IMG/VR virus record: IMGVR_UViG_3300033485_000006
Location: 25,402-89,401 of that record
Strand: one strand, 5' to 3'
DNA: 64,000 bases
Origin: a virus
Lineage: Duplodnaviria; Heunggongvirae; Uroviricota; Caudoviricetes
Within the stretch, counting starts at the first letter, position 1. Every line of letters begins with the position of its first letter. Below are positions 47,951 through 58,489 of the stretch, in pieces. The notes below the pieces were generated by a model, which saw only the letters and a list, made by a program, of their open reading frames with translations, was not told the DNA's origin and did not search any database. The translations under genes were made by a program, and so were the position numbers.

Positions 47951-49187
47951 AATAACTACCAGTATCTTCCGTTAGGAATAAATTCTTAGAAGACTCAAAG
48001 TACACCTCAGTATCAACTGTAAAGAATAAACCATCGGCAGACTCAAAATATCTCTCGGTATCCTCTGTTTGTATTAAACCAAATCTAGAGTGTACGAATT
48101 CATCTTTGTCATACACATGAACATAATCATCTGAGTAGTCGTTAATATCTGTGCAATAAACGTAACCTTTAATCTCTAGACAGTCTTCACAAAGTGAGCC
48201 GTAACTTACCTCATGGATATTATCATGTTCAAAAGCATCACAACAACGTTCACATGTAGTATACACTTCATGGAAACAATCGGAACAATACATATCATCA
48301 CCATCTGGGCCATAATATCTGTCATCTTCATTGTCTATACAATAATCACATGAACAACAAACGTGTACTGAGCCAGTACCACCATCTGTATCATCTAATT
48401 TAGTATCACAACCATCAGATTTATTATGGAAGTTACGAAGATTATCTGTAAAACTAAACGTATCTATATACGGGTAGTAGTCACTACTTTGTACTTCTGG
48501 CGGGCTTAATGATAATCTACAGTTTACTTCATTACCATTAAAGATAAAATTATCTTTATCAGAATAGTTCTGACGTTTCTTATACATGAGATTATGCTTA
48601 TTAGCATAATCCTTAAACACATTAACAATCTTATGGTTATCTGATGGATAAATCCTATCCATCAACCCTTGGCAGCCATCAGGTAATCCTGAGATGTAAC
48701 TATCAGACCAAATGATAGCACGACCATTAGTTTCCCCAACTAGTTGGAGTAGTACACCAGCACCCTCGAAGTTTGCAAAGTATTCGCCATTACCTTTCAT
48801 ACATGAGTCTACATTTGTATTATTATATCCATGTACAAGACTCTCGTCAATTTCAAACTCAACGTTATCACTTATGGAATTCGTATCGGACATTATACCA
48901 AGTATACTCTCAGCATATTCACTTCTACTACTGAGAAACGTAAAGGTTTTTAGTTGTGTCCAATATGTCTTATCATCAAATGTCTTTATACCATATACAG
49001 TACCCTCGTCATCAAATTTATACGCTAGGTACTTTGTGGAGTGTTGTTCTGTAGTATAGTAGTTATCAATAAGTGTACCACTAATTATGCCGTATTCCTC
49101 TAGCACCCCTAAATGTTTGTTATTCTCAGCTATAAAGACATAGGCCCTACCAGTAGGTAGTTCTGGCAACTTTAGTATTTCATCCAT
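47871..49187 (-). CDS. Cys-rich hypothetical protein (438 aa) with C-terminal triple repeat
   Basis: Dense Cys/Asp/Tyr cluster (CCSCDYC...CSDC...CERCC...CEDC). Three C-terminal repeats of ~(E/D)xYFE(S/D)xxxLF. Confidence 0.45.
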   Translation of the reverse strand: MDEILKLPELPTGRAYVFIAENNKHLGVLEEYGIISGTLIDNYYTTEQHSTKYLAYKFDDEGTVYGIKTFDDKTYWTQLKTFTFLSSRSEYAESILGIMSDTNSISDNVEFEIDESLVHGYNNTNVDSCMKGNGEYFANFEGAGVLLQLVGETNGRAIIWSDSYISGLPDGCQGLMDRIYPSDNHKIVNVFKDYANKHNLMYKKRQNYSDKDNFIFNGNEVNCRLSLSPPEVQSSDYYPYIDTFSFTDNLRNFHNKSDGCDTKLDDTDGGTGSVHVCCSCDYCIDNEDDRYYGPDGDDMYCSDCFHEVYTTCERCCDAFEHDNIHEVSYGSLCEDCLEIKGYVYCTDINDYSDDYVHVYDKDEFVHSRFGLIQTEDTERYFESADGLFFTVDTEVYFESSKNLFLTEDTGSYFEDNAGLYSHDGLWYENEVEEDEDCT

Positions 49188-49213
49188 TATTTTCTCCTTG
49201 TGTAAATTTTACG

Positions 49214-49423
49214 TTAAGCATACTCTTCACCTTTCATTCTGTAAAACTCATGTAAATTATGATAGATACAGTCCCTATCTACTGTAGTTGCTTGGGATTT
49301 AATCACCTTTAATGACGCATCAAGTGCCAAATAACCTTCATAATCACAAGTGGATAAATACTCCAAAAACTTAACGCAATACTCAAGATACTGCTCATCA
49401 GTTACTTTTAAAAACATAATCAA
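49214..49423 (-). CDS. hypothetical protein (69 aa)
   Basis: ORF only. Confidence 0.3.
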   Translation of the reverse strand: MIMFLKVTDEQYLEYCVKFLEYLSTCDYEGYLALDASLKVIKSQATTVDRDCIYHNLHEFYRMKGEEYA

Positions 49424-49632
49424 ACCCTCAAGTCAACGAATTTAGGTTTTGCACGAGTCTTATATATGTCGAGAGCAATCTGTGCAGATTCTAGTCTATC
49501 AGAAACTAGATTAAAAGCTCTTTCCATTCGCTCATTTTGGATAATTAGGTCAATCAATTCAAGGGCATTGACCTCAACAACGTCATCTTTACCATAGTGC
49601 ATTCGGTCATCTATGAGTTCTTTTTTGTTCAT
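49420..49632 (-). CDS. hypothetical protein (70 aa)
   Basis: ORF only. Confidence 0.3.
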   Translation of the reverse strand: MNKKELIDDRMHYGKDDVVEVNALELIDLIIQNERMERAFNLVSDRLESAQIALDIYKTRAKPKFVDLRV

Positions 49633-49729
49633 TCTCTACTCCTTATACTTGAGTTTAGCTATTTCAAGTGCGTAGTGACTTAGCAGCCATATAGCAATTA
49701 TAAATGATACACCATCTATATAATAGTTC

Positions 49730-50080
49730 ATTCTCTAATCCTTTTAGTTTCTTTATCTTTTATTGCCATATTAATAGTGTGATATTCAAACTTACCAAAC
49801 TCTTCATTTGTCATATATTTACTATATGCCCATAATTTAGTATCGTCATCTTTATACTTCCATTGTCATTCGTACGTTAACTTTTCTGGTTTGATACGGA
49901 TATTATCAAGATACCCATTATCAGATACAAACCACATATCATCATTTTCTTGTATCTCAAATACTAAATCCTTATCTTCTGCAAATGCATGCAATACATC
50001 AGCACAAGGATGTCTATTGTCTCCTTTAGGAATACAAATGTTTTGTGAGAAGAACTCATTAATCCTAGCATACCTTTAAG
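49730..50080 (-). pseudogene. decayed paralog of the 141 aa gene at 45598-46023
   Basis: Blocks of nucleotide identity with the 3' and 5' parts of 45598-46023 (e.g. ggtttgatacgg..., gcaatacatcagcaYaaggatgNcNattgNctcctttaggaatacaRatgttt...gaagaactcat). No intact minus-strand ORF remains. Confidence 0.55.
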
Positions 50081-50426
50081 TCTATTTTTCGTAAATCTTC
50101 CATGCGTAAGAAATGCTTACACCACCCATTTGGCATAAGAAAGTACCCCCATTCCATCTTTTACTTCATTATTCAGCATTTGTACAATTTGCCCCTTTGT
50201 AGCATATGTACTACTTATAATTACTTCAAAATACTTTTCAGTCATACGTTGTGTTAACATATTATCCCCTAATTTAATTTAATTATGTGTATACTTTGGG
50301 AAATACCTTTAGAAGCCATAACACGTCCTTACGACTTGAGGTACTCCATAAAGTATACTTATTACATAGCCATAGTTCATAGATAAATGGCGGTGGCATC
50401 AGTTGATCAAATTGACCCCACCAAGT

Positions 50427-50507
50427 GAAGACTGGTAGGATTTGAACCTACCACCATCCTCTGTTTCACGGGAGATAGCTCTGCCAGTATGAGTCTTACA
50501 GTCTTCA
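50427..50507 (-). tRNA. tRNA-like element (possibly degenerate tRNA)
   Basis: The minus strand has a perfect 7-bp acceptor pairing (GAAGACT/AGTCTTC) and a T-arm GTAGG-TTCAAAT-CCTAC. I could not place a convincing anticodon arm, and there is no encoded CCA. Confidence 0.3.
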
Positions 50508-50549
50508 TTAATAGCGATATAGAGGGCAACGCCCTCAATGGTATTGTAT

Positions 50550-50936
50550 CTATATCTTACTTAATTCAGCCTGAAGTTCTTCTAGGGACTTACCTTTAAG
50601 TTCATCAATCTGTTTTTCCTTGATGATTTCCTTGAGAAACTCTTTCTTGGATTGGTTAACCATAGCCTGTTCTTTGGCTTCAGCTTCAGATAATTTCTGT
50701 GCGATGACATACTTGACAACATCCAGTTTATCCTTAAGCAACTTCGATGAAGTATTTGTAGTCTTCACAAAGCTTACTTCAGGTGTTTCCTGAATCTTTT
50801 GAGCCAAAGTAATAGCAACGCTGTCTAGGTCAAAACCATTACGACTACTTAGTGGTAGGTCGAATAGGTCTTCTGTAGTAATAAGGCCCTTAGTGGTCTC
50901 AAAGCGGTATTTATTTTTAAGTGCTGACTCGAACAT
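50550..50936 (-). CDS. hypothetical protein (128 aa), Lys/Glu-rich C-terminal helix
   Basis: ORF only. Confidence 0.4.
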   Translation of the reverse strand: MFESALKNKYRFETTKGLITTEDLFDLPLSSRNGFDLDSVAITLAQKIQETPEVSFVKTTNTSSKLLKDKLDVVKYVIAQKLSEAEAKEQAMVNQSKKEFLKEIIKEKQIDELKGKSLEELQAELSKI

Positions 50937-50939
50937 TGT

Positions 50940-51482
50940 TTATCCTTTAATTATTTTAATAGTTTTACCTAGTGCTTTACACACCTCAGCCATAGTCATT
51001 TCTTGTACTGGCTCTTTGTATTCCCAGATACACTTGGTGTACTCAAGAAAATGTTTATCTAGCAACCAAAACCCTAAATCAGCACCAAAATGTGAACCAC
51101 CAGGATACACTGGCTCTGTATACACTTTCATAACATTCCATGATTTTGCACCAGAATTGTCAAACTTAATACTGTTCATTGGTACACCGCCACCTTTACT
51201 ATGGGCAATTAGTGTATTACCAATACATAGTCTTAGTAGACCATCACCCATTTCAACCAACATCCCAGTTTTAATATCACCGACTTTAAACATAACTTTT
51301 CCTTCATATTTTAATTTAGCTTCAAGAGCTTCTCCATAGGTTTCCCAATAACCAACATTACCTGTGTGAACCCCAGTTTCTCGTAGTACTTCACCACTAG
51401 GTCTAAGATAATGACACTCATCTGTGGCAGCAACATACCAACCCAAACTAACTATTTCTGGTGACTTTAATTCATACTTCAT
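50940..51482 (-). CDS. hypothetical protein (180 aa)
   Basis: ORF only. Confidence 0.4.
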   Translation of the reverse strand: MKYELKSPEIVSLGWYVAATDECHYLRPSGEVLRETGVHTGNVGYWETYGEALEAKLKYEGKVMFKVGDIKTGMLVEMGDGLLRLCIGNTLIAHSKGGGVPMNSIKFDNSGAKSWNVMKVYTEPVYPGGSHFGADLGFWLLDKHFLEYTKCIWEYKEPVQEMTMAEVCKALGKTIKIIKG

Positions 51483-51730
51483 CTACAAAACCTTTCGTCT
51501 ACTTCTAGTAGAACCCGTACCAGCCGAGTGTCGAACTTGGTCAACTTACAATTAACTGAGTATTCTGCGAGAATGTCAAGTGACTCACCGAGCAATTTAC
51601 AATCAACTGCATTACTAGTTAAAGCCTTATCCACAAGGTTTACCCATTGTTTCTCTTGTTGTACACATTCATCTGCACTTAGAGTTAACTGAGTGACTAG
51701 TACCATACTTACTAATCCCAAGAGTTTCAT
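51479..51730 (-). CDS. small secreted protein (83 aa)
   Basis: N-terminal signal peptide (MKLLGLVSMVLVTQLTLSA). Confidence 0.35.
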   Translation of the reverse strand: MKLLGLVSMVLVTQLTLSADECVQQEKQWVNLVDKALTSNAVDCKLLGESLDILAEYSVNCKLTKFDTRLVRVLLEVDERFCR

Positions 51731-51806
51731 AACTTCCCCTTCTTCAATAGTTTACCATCATCACCATAAACATCCCCAGTTTCTGGGTCTTGAATATAAC
51801 GCATAA

Positions 51807-52022
51807 TCACTCCTCTACAATTTGAAAGTAACCATCCTCCACTAATAGGATTGTATCCTCATCAGCTTCTGGGTGTACATTCAGCGTTTCCACTAGGATT
51901 CCATTGAGTATATCCAACTTGAACTGTTGGCATTCCTCTTGTGTACCACGAAACATAGAACGTTTCTGATTAGATATTTTACACTTACGCCATACTACAA
52001 ACATCACTTTTGTTTCCTCCAA
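51807..52022 (-). CDS. hypothetical protein (71 aa)
   Basis: ORF only. Confidence 0.3.
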   Translation of the reverse strand: MEETKVMFVVWRKCKISNQKRSMFRGTQEECQQFKLDILNGILVETLNVHPEADEDTILLVEDGYFQIVEE

Positions 52023-52179
52023 ATAATATCACCAGTGGTCGCACTATAATAAGCCATACCATGTTCAACCAATTTTTCGTTAACTGCCCTAACATTATAC
52101 GGAAATAAATAAGCACCCACAGTATGGAATAGTAACCCAAAGATAAACCCTATAACCAGACTACTAATCTTACCCTCAG

Positions 52180-52524
52180 TCATACGAACTCCTTTGGTAA
52201 TTCCCCAGTGAACTCAACACACTTATTATACGCACAACCATTATGTGTTGTATATTTGTTACCTAAATAGCAAGTAAATTTTGCTAGTGCCGCAATAGTT
52301 CCACCATTGTCAAAGAATAGGCAGTACTCACCTTTTTTAGGTTCCCATACTTCTACTAAGTCATAGATATGGACTCCATTATTACAAAATTGTCCACTAC
52401 TAGTGAATGTCTCTATAGCAGTATCAATTATTGTGACAACTGGTTGAGTGCCCCCACCATCAGTACACAAAATACGTACTGGTTTACCATTTGAAGTATA
52501 CTTTTTGTCCATTGATATTGTCAT
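52180..52524 (-). CDS. hypothetical protein (114 aa)
   Basis: ORF only. Confidence 0.35.
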   Translation of the reverse strand: MTISMDKKYTSNGKPVRILCTDGGGTQPVVTIIDTAIETFTSSGQFCNNGVHIYDLVEVWEPKKGEYCLFFDNGGTIAALAKFTCYLGNKYTTHNGCAYNKCVEFTGELPKEFV

Positions 52525-52709
52525 GGGAATTCCTTTCTAAGTCGCTTAAGACATGCTTTAGTTGCACGAGGTTTTCTAAGACCATTCTCTTTGTACCATT
52601 TAGAAACATAATTTTGTTCCTCAGTATTTAGGGGCTTTGCCCATTGTCCTACCACTGGATGCCCAGCACCATTATTATAAGTTTTCATTTGTTTTCTCAT
52701 TTTTTGCAT
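52521..52709 (-). CDS. basic small protein (62 aa)
   Basis: ORF only. Confidence 0.3.
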   Translation of the reverse strand: MQKMRKQMKTYNNGAGHPVVGQWAKPLNTEEQNYVSKWYKENGLRKPRATKACLKRLRKEFP

Positions 52710-52912
52710 TGTTTAGGTATTGTTCTTTTCCATTTTTCTATAAATACTTGTGTTAGTTGTGCTGATTCTTCATAGTTAGTAGGGTACGCATTAACTTTTA
52801 CGGTTGTTAAAATAAATTCGTACCCTCCAATACATTTAACCTCATGTTGTACATAAGTACCACCAGCAAAAACGCTTTGGATGGCTAAAAATAAAGTAAT
52901 TAGTAATCTCAT
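52697..52912 (-). CDS. small secreted protein (71 aa)
   Basis: Signal peptide (MRLLITLFLAIQSVFA). Confidence 0.35.
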   Translation of the reverse strand: MRLLITLFLAIQSVFAGGTYVQHEVKCIGGYEFILTTVKVNAYPTNYEESAQLTQVFIEKWKRTIPKQCKK

Positions 52913-53101
52913 TTGTTTTCTCCTTGATTATTAATTACCCAAGATACATATTAATTATGCTCTTGGCTTTTCTCACTGCTCCGCCATAACTAGCTGAGGT
53001 GTCCTCATGGCTAATCCCACCATTCTGTGAGTACACAGTTAGCTGGAATCTTGAGCCACTCTTCATAATAGTATAACTGTACCCTTTATACCACTCTTTA
53101 T

Positions 53102-53284
53102 TCATTCTTTAGGCTCCAACCAAAATTCATTAAACTCTCCCATAACTTCCGATAGCCCAGCTATAAGTTCATCTTTACGAAATGTAAAAATAACCATAAC
53201 TATGAATATCACAGTATACGCTAAAGCAACCAATAATGTTACAAATACTTTTAGTAAAATTCTAATCATTTTAAAAAGTTCCAT
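53102..53284 (-). CDS. small membrane protein (60 aa)
   Basis: Hydrophobic helix. Confidence 0.3.
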   Translation of the reverse strand: MELFKMIRILLKVFVTLLVALAYTVIFIVMVIFTFRKDELIAGLSEVMGEFNEFWLEPKE

Positions 53285-53360
53285 CCTTTCATTAACATGT
53301 ATACAACGAATTTTCGTGGTATATTTACCTCTCTACCACGCTTAACCAATGTAACGTATT

Positions 53361-53546
53361 TCATAACAATCTCCTCGCAATTTCACCATAATTAGTAGTT
53401 CCATAGTATGCACAGAGTACACCATAAAACCCAACAGTTGCCATAATACCTGCTAATACGTATAATTCCATATTAATTACACCCCCAAATATAGATTCAA
53501 CTATAATTATCAGAAGTAAAACCAATAGCGCCATAAATATAATCAT
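53361..53546 (-). CDS. small membrane protein (61 aa)
   Basis: Two hydrophobic helices. Confidence 0.3.
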   Translation of the reverse strand: MIIFMALLVLLLIIIVESIFGGVINMELYVLAGIMATVGFYGVLCAYYGTTNYGEIARRLL

Positions 53547-53584
53547 AAGTATCTCCTTAATTCAATCCTCCGAGGAGGACTGTG

Positions 53585-53806
53585 TTAAATGATTACTTCA
53601 CCAGAAGTTTCATTCAATAACTTCTGACCATAAGGGCCAGTAGCAACCAGTGTCGCAACATCATCAACAATACGTGTTTCCAATGATGTATAACCAATTT
53701 GAACCCATCGACTTTGTTTAGTCTTAGGGTCATACTCACGACAAGTCGTAATAATACCAGTAGCTGTACGCTCAGTTTGTGTTTCGTTTGTTCTTTTAAA
53801 GCTCAT
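53585..53806 (-). CDS. hypothetical protein (73 aa)
   Basis: ORF only. Confidence 0.3.
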   Translation of the reverse strand: MSFKRTNETQTERTATGIITTCREYDPKTKQSRWVQIGYTSLETRIVDDVATLVATGPYGQKLLNETSGEVII

Positions 53807-53905
53807 AATTTATCCTTAGTGTTTGTTTTTGGTTGTAAGATCGAATTGAGCACAGAATAGTCTGCTGGCTATTAAACAATCATTGCTTTATACCTTTATC
53901 CATAA

Positions 53906-54376
53906 TTAACTCCTTATATCAAATTGCGGATTTATAACTCTCATAGCATTCTGTAAATGCCTCAATATGGCTGACTTCTTGTTGATTTCAGTAACCAATT
54001 GTAAATCTCTTGGCGAACTAAGACCACCTTTATGGTACATATCCTTAATTTCTTCATACAATGCACCAATTAAATTATATAAGATTATCTCTGTGGAATC
54101 CCTATTATTTTCCTTATGTTTAAGCTTATTAAATATATCCCAGAATACCGATAAATCTTTTCCTGATTCGGATGCAGAAGTATACCATAACCCATAATCT
54201 GAGTATGCATGGGAGGCTTTACGAATTGTTAAACCTTTCCATGTATTACAAGCTGGTACAGTCTTATAGTATATTTCTATAGCTTCTTTATATAAATTAC
54301 GTCTATCTACACTAAAATTAGTGATAAGTGTAAAATTTCCTTCTGTTGTGGGGTTCCCTCCAAAATTGTGTGGCAT
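53906..54376 (-). CDS. hypothetical protein (156 aa)
   Basis: ORF only. Confidence 0.4.
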   Translation of the reverse strand: MPHNFGGNPTTEGNFTLITNFSVDRRNLYKEAIEIYYKTVPACNTWKGLTIRKASHAYSDYGLWYTSASESGKDLSVFWDIFNKLKHKENNRDSTEIILYNLIGALYEEIKDMYHKGGLSSPRDLQLVTEINKKSAILRHLQNAMRVINPQFDIRS

Positions 54377-54970
54377 AATTATCTCCTATATAGAAAATAA
54401 GAACATAGCCAGCGTATCGGCTGGAACTATGATAAGCCACCAAGCAGTATCAGTGTATGTAACATGCCATAATGCTGTTGGTACAACCCCAATAATCATT
54501 GAACACATAATGAATAATGTAAAACGTGTAGGTGTCATGATTTAGCCTCCCTCATGTTAATTAATTTAACTATTGAGTCGTAGGGTATACTTACACCGCT
54601 ACGTGCTTCATACATAACATACCCTAGGATATACTTTATGGTATCCTCCGAGGTATTCTCCAATATGTTAGCAATCTCTGCTACTAATTCTTTATCCATA
54701 ATTTACTCCTTTGGTTGGGCTTACACCCTAAATATACACTATGTAATATTATTGTGATAGTGCATAATTAAAAGGTAATGCGTATTAGGAGAGTACCTCT
54801 CCCCGTCTTAAGACTCTAATTATATCGAAATCTTCCTGATATGTCAAGAGCAAACCATAATTAGTTTGAAGTCTTAAGTTTAGATTAATGTGTAGGAAGC
54901 CCTAGGCTTACCATAATTGCTCGGGAATACCAGAGGTTACTATAATAGTCGTTTGGCTGTTCTAGGTACT

Positions 54971-55183
54971 TTAAAATGACTCTGAGCGCAACTCCTCGTC
55001 AATATACTGCTTTGCTTGTTCAATACTAGGGATTGAACTAACATAATCCCCATCATTTTCACCAAACCAATACGTGTAACCACCAACGTATCTAAATATA
55101 GTATGCCTCTTGTATTCCACCATATCCTCTGGGTTGGTGGAAGCTAACCACTCTTGCTCATATGAGCTTATGATTCTAACCAT
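54971..55183 (-). CDS. hypothetical protein (70 aa)
   Basis: ORF. Its 3' end overlaps a 25-nt element that recurs at 60837. Confidence 0.35.
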   Translation of the reverse strand: MVRIISSYEQEWLASTNPEDMVEYKRHTIFRYVGGYTYWFGENDGDYVSSIPSIEQAKQYIDEELRSESF

Positions 55184-55329
55184 AATTTCAACACCCCATC
55201 CATAATTTATACGCTACCCAATATTCAGGAAAAGCCATAGCAAGCTTACTTCTGTTATTATTATCAGCTTTCATAAACAACTCAAACAGAGCTGTTGAAA
55301 ACCCTCCAAGTGTTCCAGCATTATAGTAT

Positions 55330-55578
55330 TTAACGATTTCTTCTGGTGACATAATTCTCTCCTTGTTCGCAATGACGTATTACTTTATACACTTTTGATG
55401 GTGAGTAGTATCTACGGTAATTTGGGTACTTCCCAATAAAAGATGTTTTAACTAAAACATCAAAATCACTACTCCATACATGTCCATCAAGCGAAATTAA
55501 CTTATTGTAGATTTTTAAGACCTCTGTCTTATCTTCACCATCATCCTGTTGGTTAATCCTGTCCAATAGTTTGCCCAT
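55330..55578 (-). CDS. hypothetical protein (82 aa)
   Basis: ORF only. Confidence 0.35.
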   Translation of the reverse strand: MGKLLDRINQQDDGEDKTEVLKIYNKLISLDGHVWSSDFDVLVKTSFIGKYPNYRRYYSPSKVYKVIRHCEQGENYVTRRNR

Positions 55579-55674
55579 AATTCTCTCCTTGTTCGCAATG
55601 GTGGATATAGCAATAGCCTAGTACACAGTAAGCCATAATTACGGATAACGCCATAATTTCAAAGTTTACCATAC

Positions 55675-56196
55675 TTAGCATTTTACTAATTTAACCGTGT
55701 TCATCTGAAAATAGTGGTGGTCTGGCACTTGGTTTGCTAGGTCATTAGCAGTTCGCTTAAGCTTACTAATACGACCTTGAATCTCTTGTAGTTGTCTTTG
55801 AAATCTGAGGGGTATCTTTGAGCCGTGACCCTTGGAAATTCTCTCAGCTTGTTTCTTCATCACTAAAGTATGTAGTGGGATGAACTCTGTGCGGTACACG
55901 TAATCCGCCTCATCTTTAAGGGCTGTTGAAATATTAATAGAACCTTTATAAGCTCTGCTGTTATCTGTACGTACTGTGACCCCTGATTTAATAGTACCAC
56001 CGAATTTAAGCTTTTGGGCTGGTAGGGTGTGTGAGTATTCAAGCATTAAGCCATCACGAAAATCTTTATACATGGTTATCTCCTTGTTAATTAGGTAAAA
56101 TCCTAAAGTAAGCCAATAGTTGGTATCGGTGTACCTAGACGTAAGTATCCGTAGCAATATTATAGTAATATCAATATTGGGACTGTGAGGACGCAA
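55675..56196 (-). CDS. hypothetical protein (173 aa; true start probably internal Met)
   Basis: ORF only. Confidence 0.35.
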   Translation of the reverse strand: MRPHSPNIDITIILLRILTSRYTDTNYWLTLGFYLINKEITMYKDFRDGLMLEYSHTLPAQKLKFGGTIKSGVTVRTDNSRAYKGSINISTALKDEADYVYRTEFIPLHTLVMKKQAERISKGHGSKIPLRFQRQLQEIQGRISKLKRTANDLANQVPDHHYFQMNTVKLVKC

Positions 56197-56203
56197 GGGA
56201 AGT

Positions 56204-56386
56204 CTATTGACTTACTTTAGGATTTATTAATAGCCCTCTTATTTTCTCTGTGAGTGAAGCGCAGGTATCCACAAGGGATACCATGAGGGCTAAATTGTAG
56301 CGCATTGGTAACGTGAGATAATTCCAAGATTTGGCAGATTTTGCGTAAAAGTCCTTAATAGTCCTTAAGCTTAGTTTTAACGTCAC
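56204..56386 (-). CDS. hypothetical protein (60 aa)
   Basis: ORF only; doubtful. Confidence 0.2.
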   Translation of the reverse strand: MTLKLSLRTIKDFYAKSAKSWNYLTLPMRYNLALMVSLVDTCASLTEKIRGLLINPKVSQ

Positions 56387-56450
56387 GTTACCCGTTTGTT
56401 ATTTTTTATGGCTAACTATACCATTTTATTTTTTGTTATACCTTGTAACA

Positions 56451-56530
56451 CGCTTTTAGCTGGTGTGGTTGTTACCGTTCCGCTTTTAGCTGGTGTGGCT
56501 GTTACCGTTCCGCTTTTAGCTGGTGTGGTA
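56451..56530. repeat. 30-bp tandem repeat x2.7 (cgcttttagctggtgtggYtgttaccgttc)
   Basis: Direct reading: units at 56451-56480 and 56481-56510, partial at 56511-56530. Flanked by the short inverted repeat ccttgta / tacaagg. Confidence 0.9.
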
Positions 56531-56786
56531 CAAGGTAATAGAATATTCTATTGATTACTAAGTATAACGCCTTATGATTTTGATTATAGAAAATACTATA
56601 ACCGCCTCATAGGTAGTTTATAAATTTTTCTTACCTCTATTATTATAGCCTTAGAATAAACGATAAAACACGCCTATAATAACTATAATCTAGTTAATAA
56701 GTGTAACAATAACAATTTGAAAAAACACAGATTATAACTTATAATCTCATTAAGGGGATACTAATATCCCCCTATGAAACGATAAA

Positions 56787-57503
56787 TTAAGCCGTTTTAA
56801 GTTGCTTCGCCCGCTCCTTACTATTATCCAATGTCAATTGTAATTTTTTAATCATAACCTCAATCTCGTTATCGGTTGCACTTGCAACGAATTGCGCTGT
56901 TGCCTCTTCCATTAACTCATAGTAAGATTTAACAAACTCCTCTTCCGCTACTTTTTTCCCGTATTGTTTGGCGTAGGTAGTGATTTGCTCATTTAATAGG
57001 TCGTTATAAGTGATTTTAAAGGCTTCATCTTTTAAGCCTTTCAATACTTCACTTTTAAACACCAAAGACAACGACGTTTGAATAGTTGTTAATGCTCCTT
57101 CTTTGTCCACTTGTACAATATCGCTATCTTTATCGGCTTTATAACCAACAGTATCGCCTTCCGTTGCTTTAATCTTTGTGAGTAGCCCAACGATAGCGTG
57201 GGTATTGTTATACTCTACTTTATCAAACGCAAGGATTAGCCCTAAAGTATGATAGTTTTTAGCGGTTGTTAGAATGTTTTTTGCTACTTTCTTGTTATTC
57301 GCTGATGCTGAAAGTGTTTTTAGTTCGCTATCAATAGCCGTGACAATAGCCCCTTGTAACTGCTCGTTTGTTCCAGCTTCACGGATACGCTTCAACGTCT
57401 GACTAAAAAACAATGCTTTTGCATTATCATTTTTAACGATATTAGTAACTACCGCTGTAACCTCTTGTTTGATTGTCAAGTTAGTGCTTACTTCTGTTTT
57501 CAT
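56787..57503 (-). CDS. hypothetical protein (238 aa) in repeat-rich region
   Basis: ORF with locally higher GC and different codon flavour (gcg, ccg, cgc codons). No motif recognised. Confidence 0.45.
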   Translation of the reverse strand: MKTEVSTNLTIKQEVTAVVTNIVKNDNAKALFFSQTLKRIREAGTNEQLQGAIVTAIDSELKTLSASANNKKVAKNILTTAKNYHTLGLILAFDKVEYNNTHAIVGLLTKIKATEGDTVGYKADKDSDIVQVDKEGALTTIQTSLSLVFKSEVLKGLKDEAFKITYNDLLNEQITTYAKQYGKKVAEEEFVKSYYELMEEATAQFVASATDNEIEVMIKKLQLTLDNSKERAKQLKTA

Positions 57504-57869
57504 TTTATCCCCTTTTTGCGGTTAGTGTTCGCCAACGTATTAAGCTACCCTATCGGATAACTTTATAACCCCTTACTAATAAGAGGCAAAAAGTTATTTA
57601 TTGGTATAACTATACCCGTTTATTTCTTAATGTTTCCTTCGATTAGAGATTTAACTATTCTAAGAGTGATTAAAGCTCCACTCAATGACAGTGTTATAGT
57701 ATTAATAAGAGTTTGTCCGTTATCAATTACATTTAATAACGATAAGCAAAGGATAATGATTAAGATTATAGTTTTCATTGAGTAGCCTTTATTAGTTAAT
57801 TAATTTATGTTTGAAGTATGCCCACTTAATTATTAGAGTAACCTTCAGCTATTCAATTAATATTTTATC

Positions 57870-57929
57870 AGTCCTTCTATTAGTACGCCCTTAGTCCTTC
57901 TATCAGTACGCCCTTAGTCCTTCTTATCG
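57870..57929. repeat. 23-bp tandem repeat x2.6 (agtccttctatYagtacgccctt)
   Basis: Direct reading: 57870-57892, 57893-57915, partial to 57929. Confidence 0.85.
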
Positions 57930-58115
57930 TTCATTTTATACGGTTTACCGTATGTTATGTACTAAATAACGTATAAATTTTTTTTAGTAATTGTTTTCTC
58001 GTTTACTTTTTGCGCTCCTCTTGTTTGTTTGTAGTTTTGTGGATGGTTATTTTTAGGTGTGTTTTGGGTTGATTTGATACTCATTATCATATAAAGTAAT
58101 TAAACGTTTTCAAAT

Positions 58116-58232
58116 AGTACACTATGAGTACACTATGAGTACACTATGAGTACACTATGAGTACACTATGAGTACACTATGAGTACACTATGAGTACACT
58201 ATGAGTACACTATGAGTACACTATGAGTACAC
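58116..58232. repeat. 11-bp tandem repeat x10.6 (agtacactatg)
   Basis: Direct reading: ten perfect units from 58116 to 58225 plus a partial agtacac. Confidence 0.95.
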
Positions 58233-58489
58233 CCTTAACCGCTTAGTAGTGTACGCACGTACTACCTGAATTAACCTTTGGTTAACCTTAAGTCACTAGT
58301 AGAAATTATAGGCAACTAATTGTTTATTTATTAATCATGCCCTTAGAATCGTTTTAAGGTACTTCTAGCGCACGAATAGTTTTTAGTAGGTTTACCCCTT
58401 GACTACTACGAGAACGCAGTTAGTTACATTTAGTAACACTTACCTTAAGCTAATCTTAAGTTTCAGCTATTGGTACACCAAGAGTAACT

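Noticed and set aside
49891-50079. A 62 aa plus-strand ORF inside the decayed paralog region.
   Set aside because: It lies antisense to the pseudogene remnant and has no RBS. The region is better explained as a decayed duplicate of 45598-46023.
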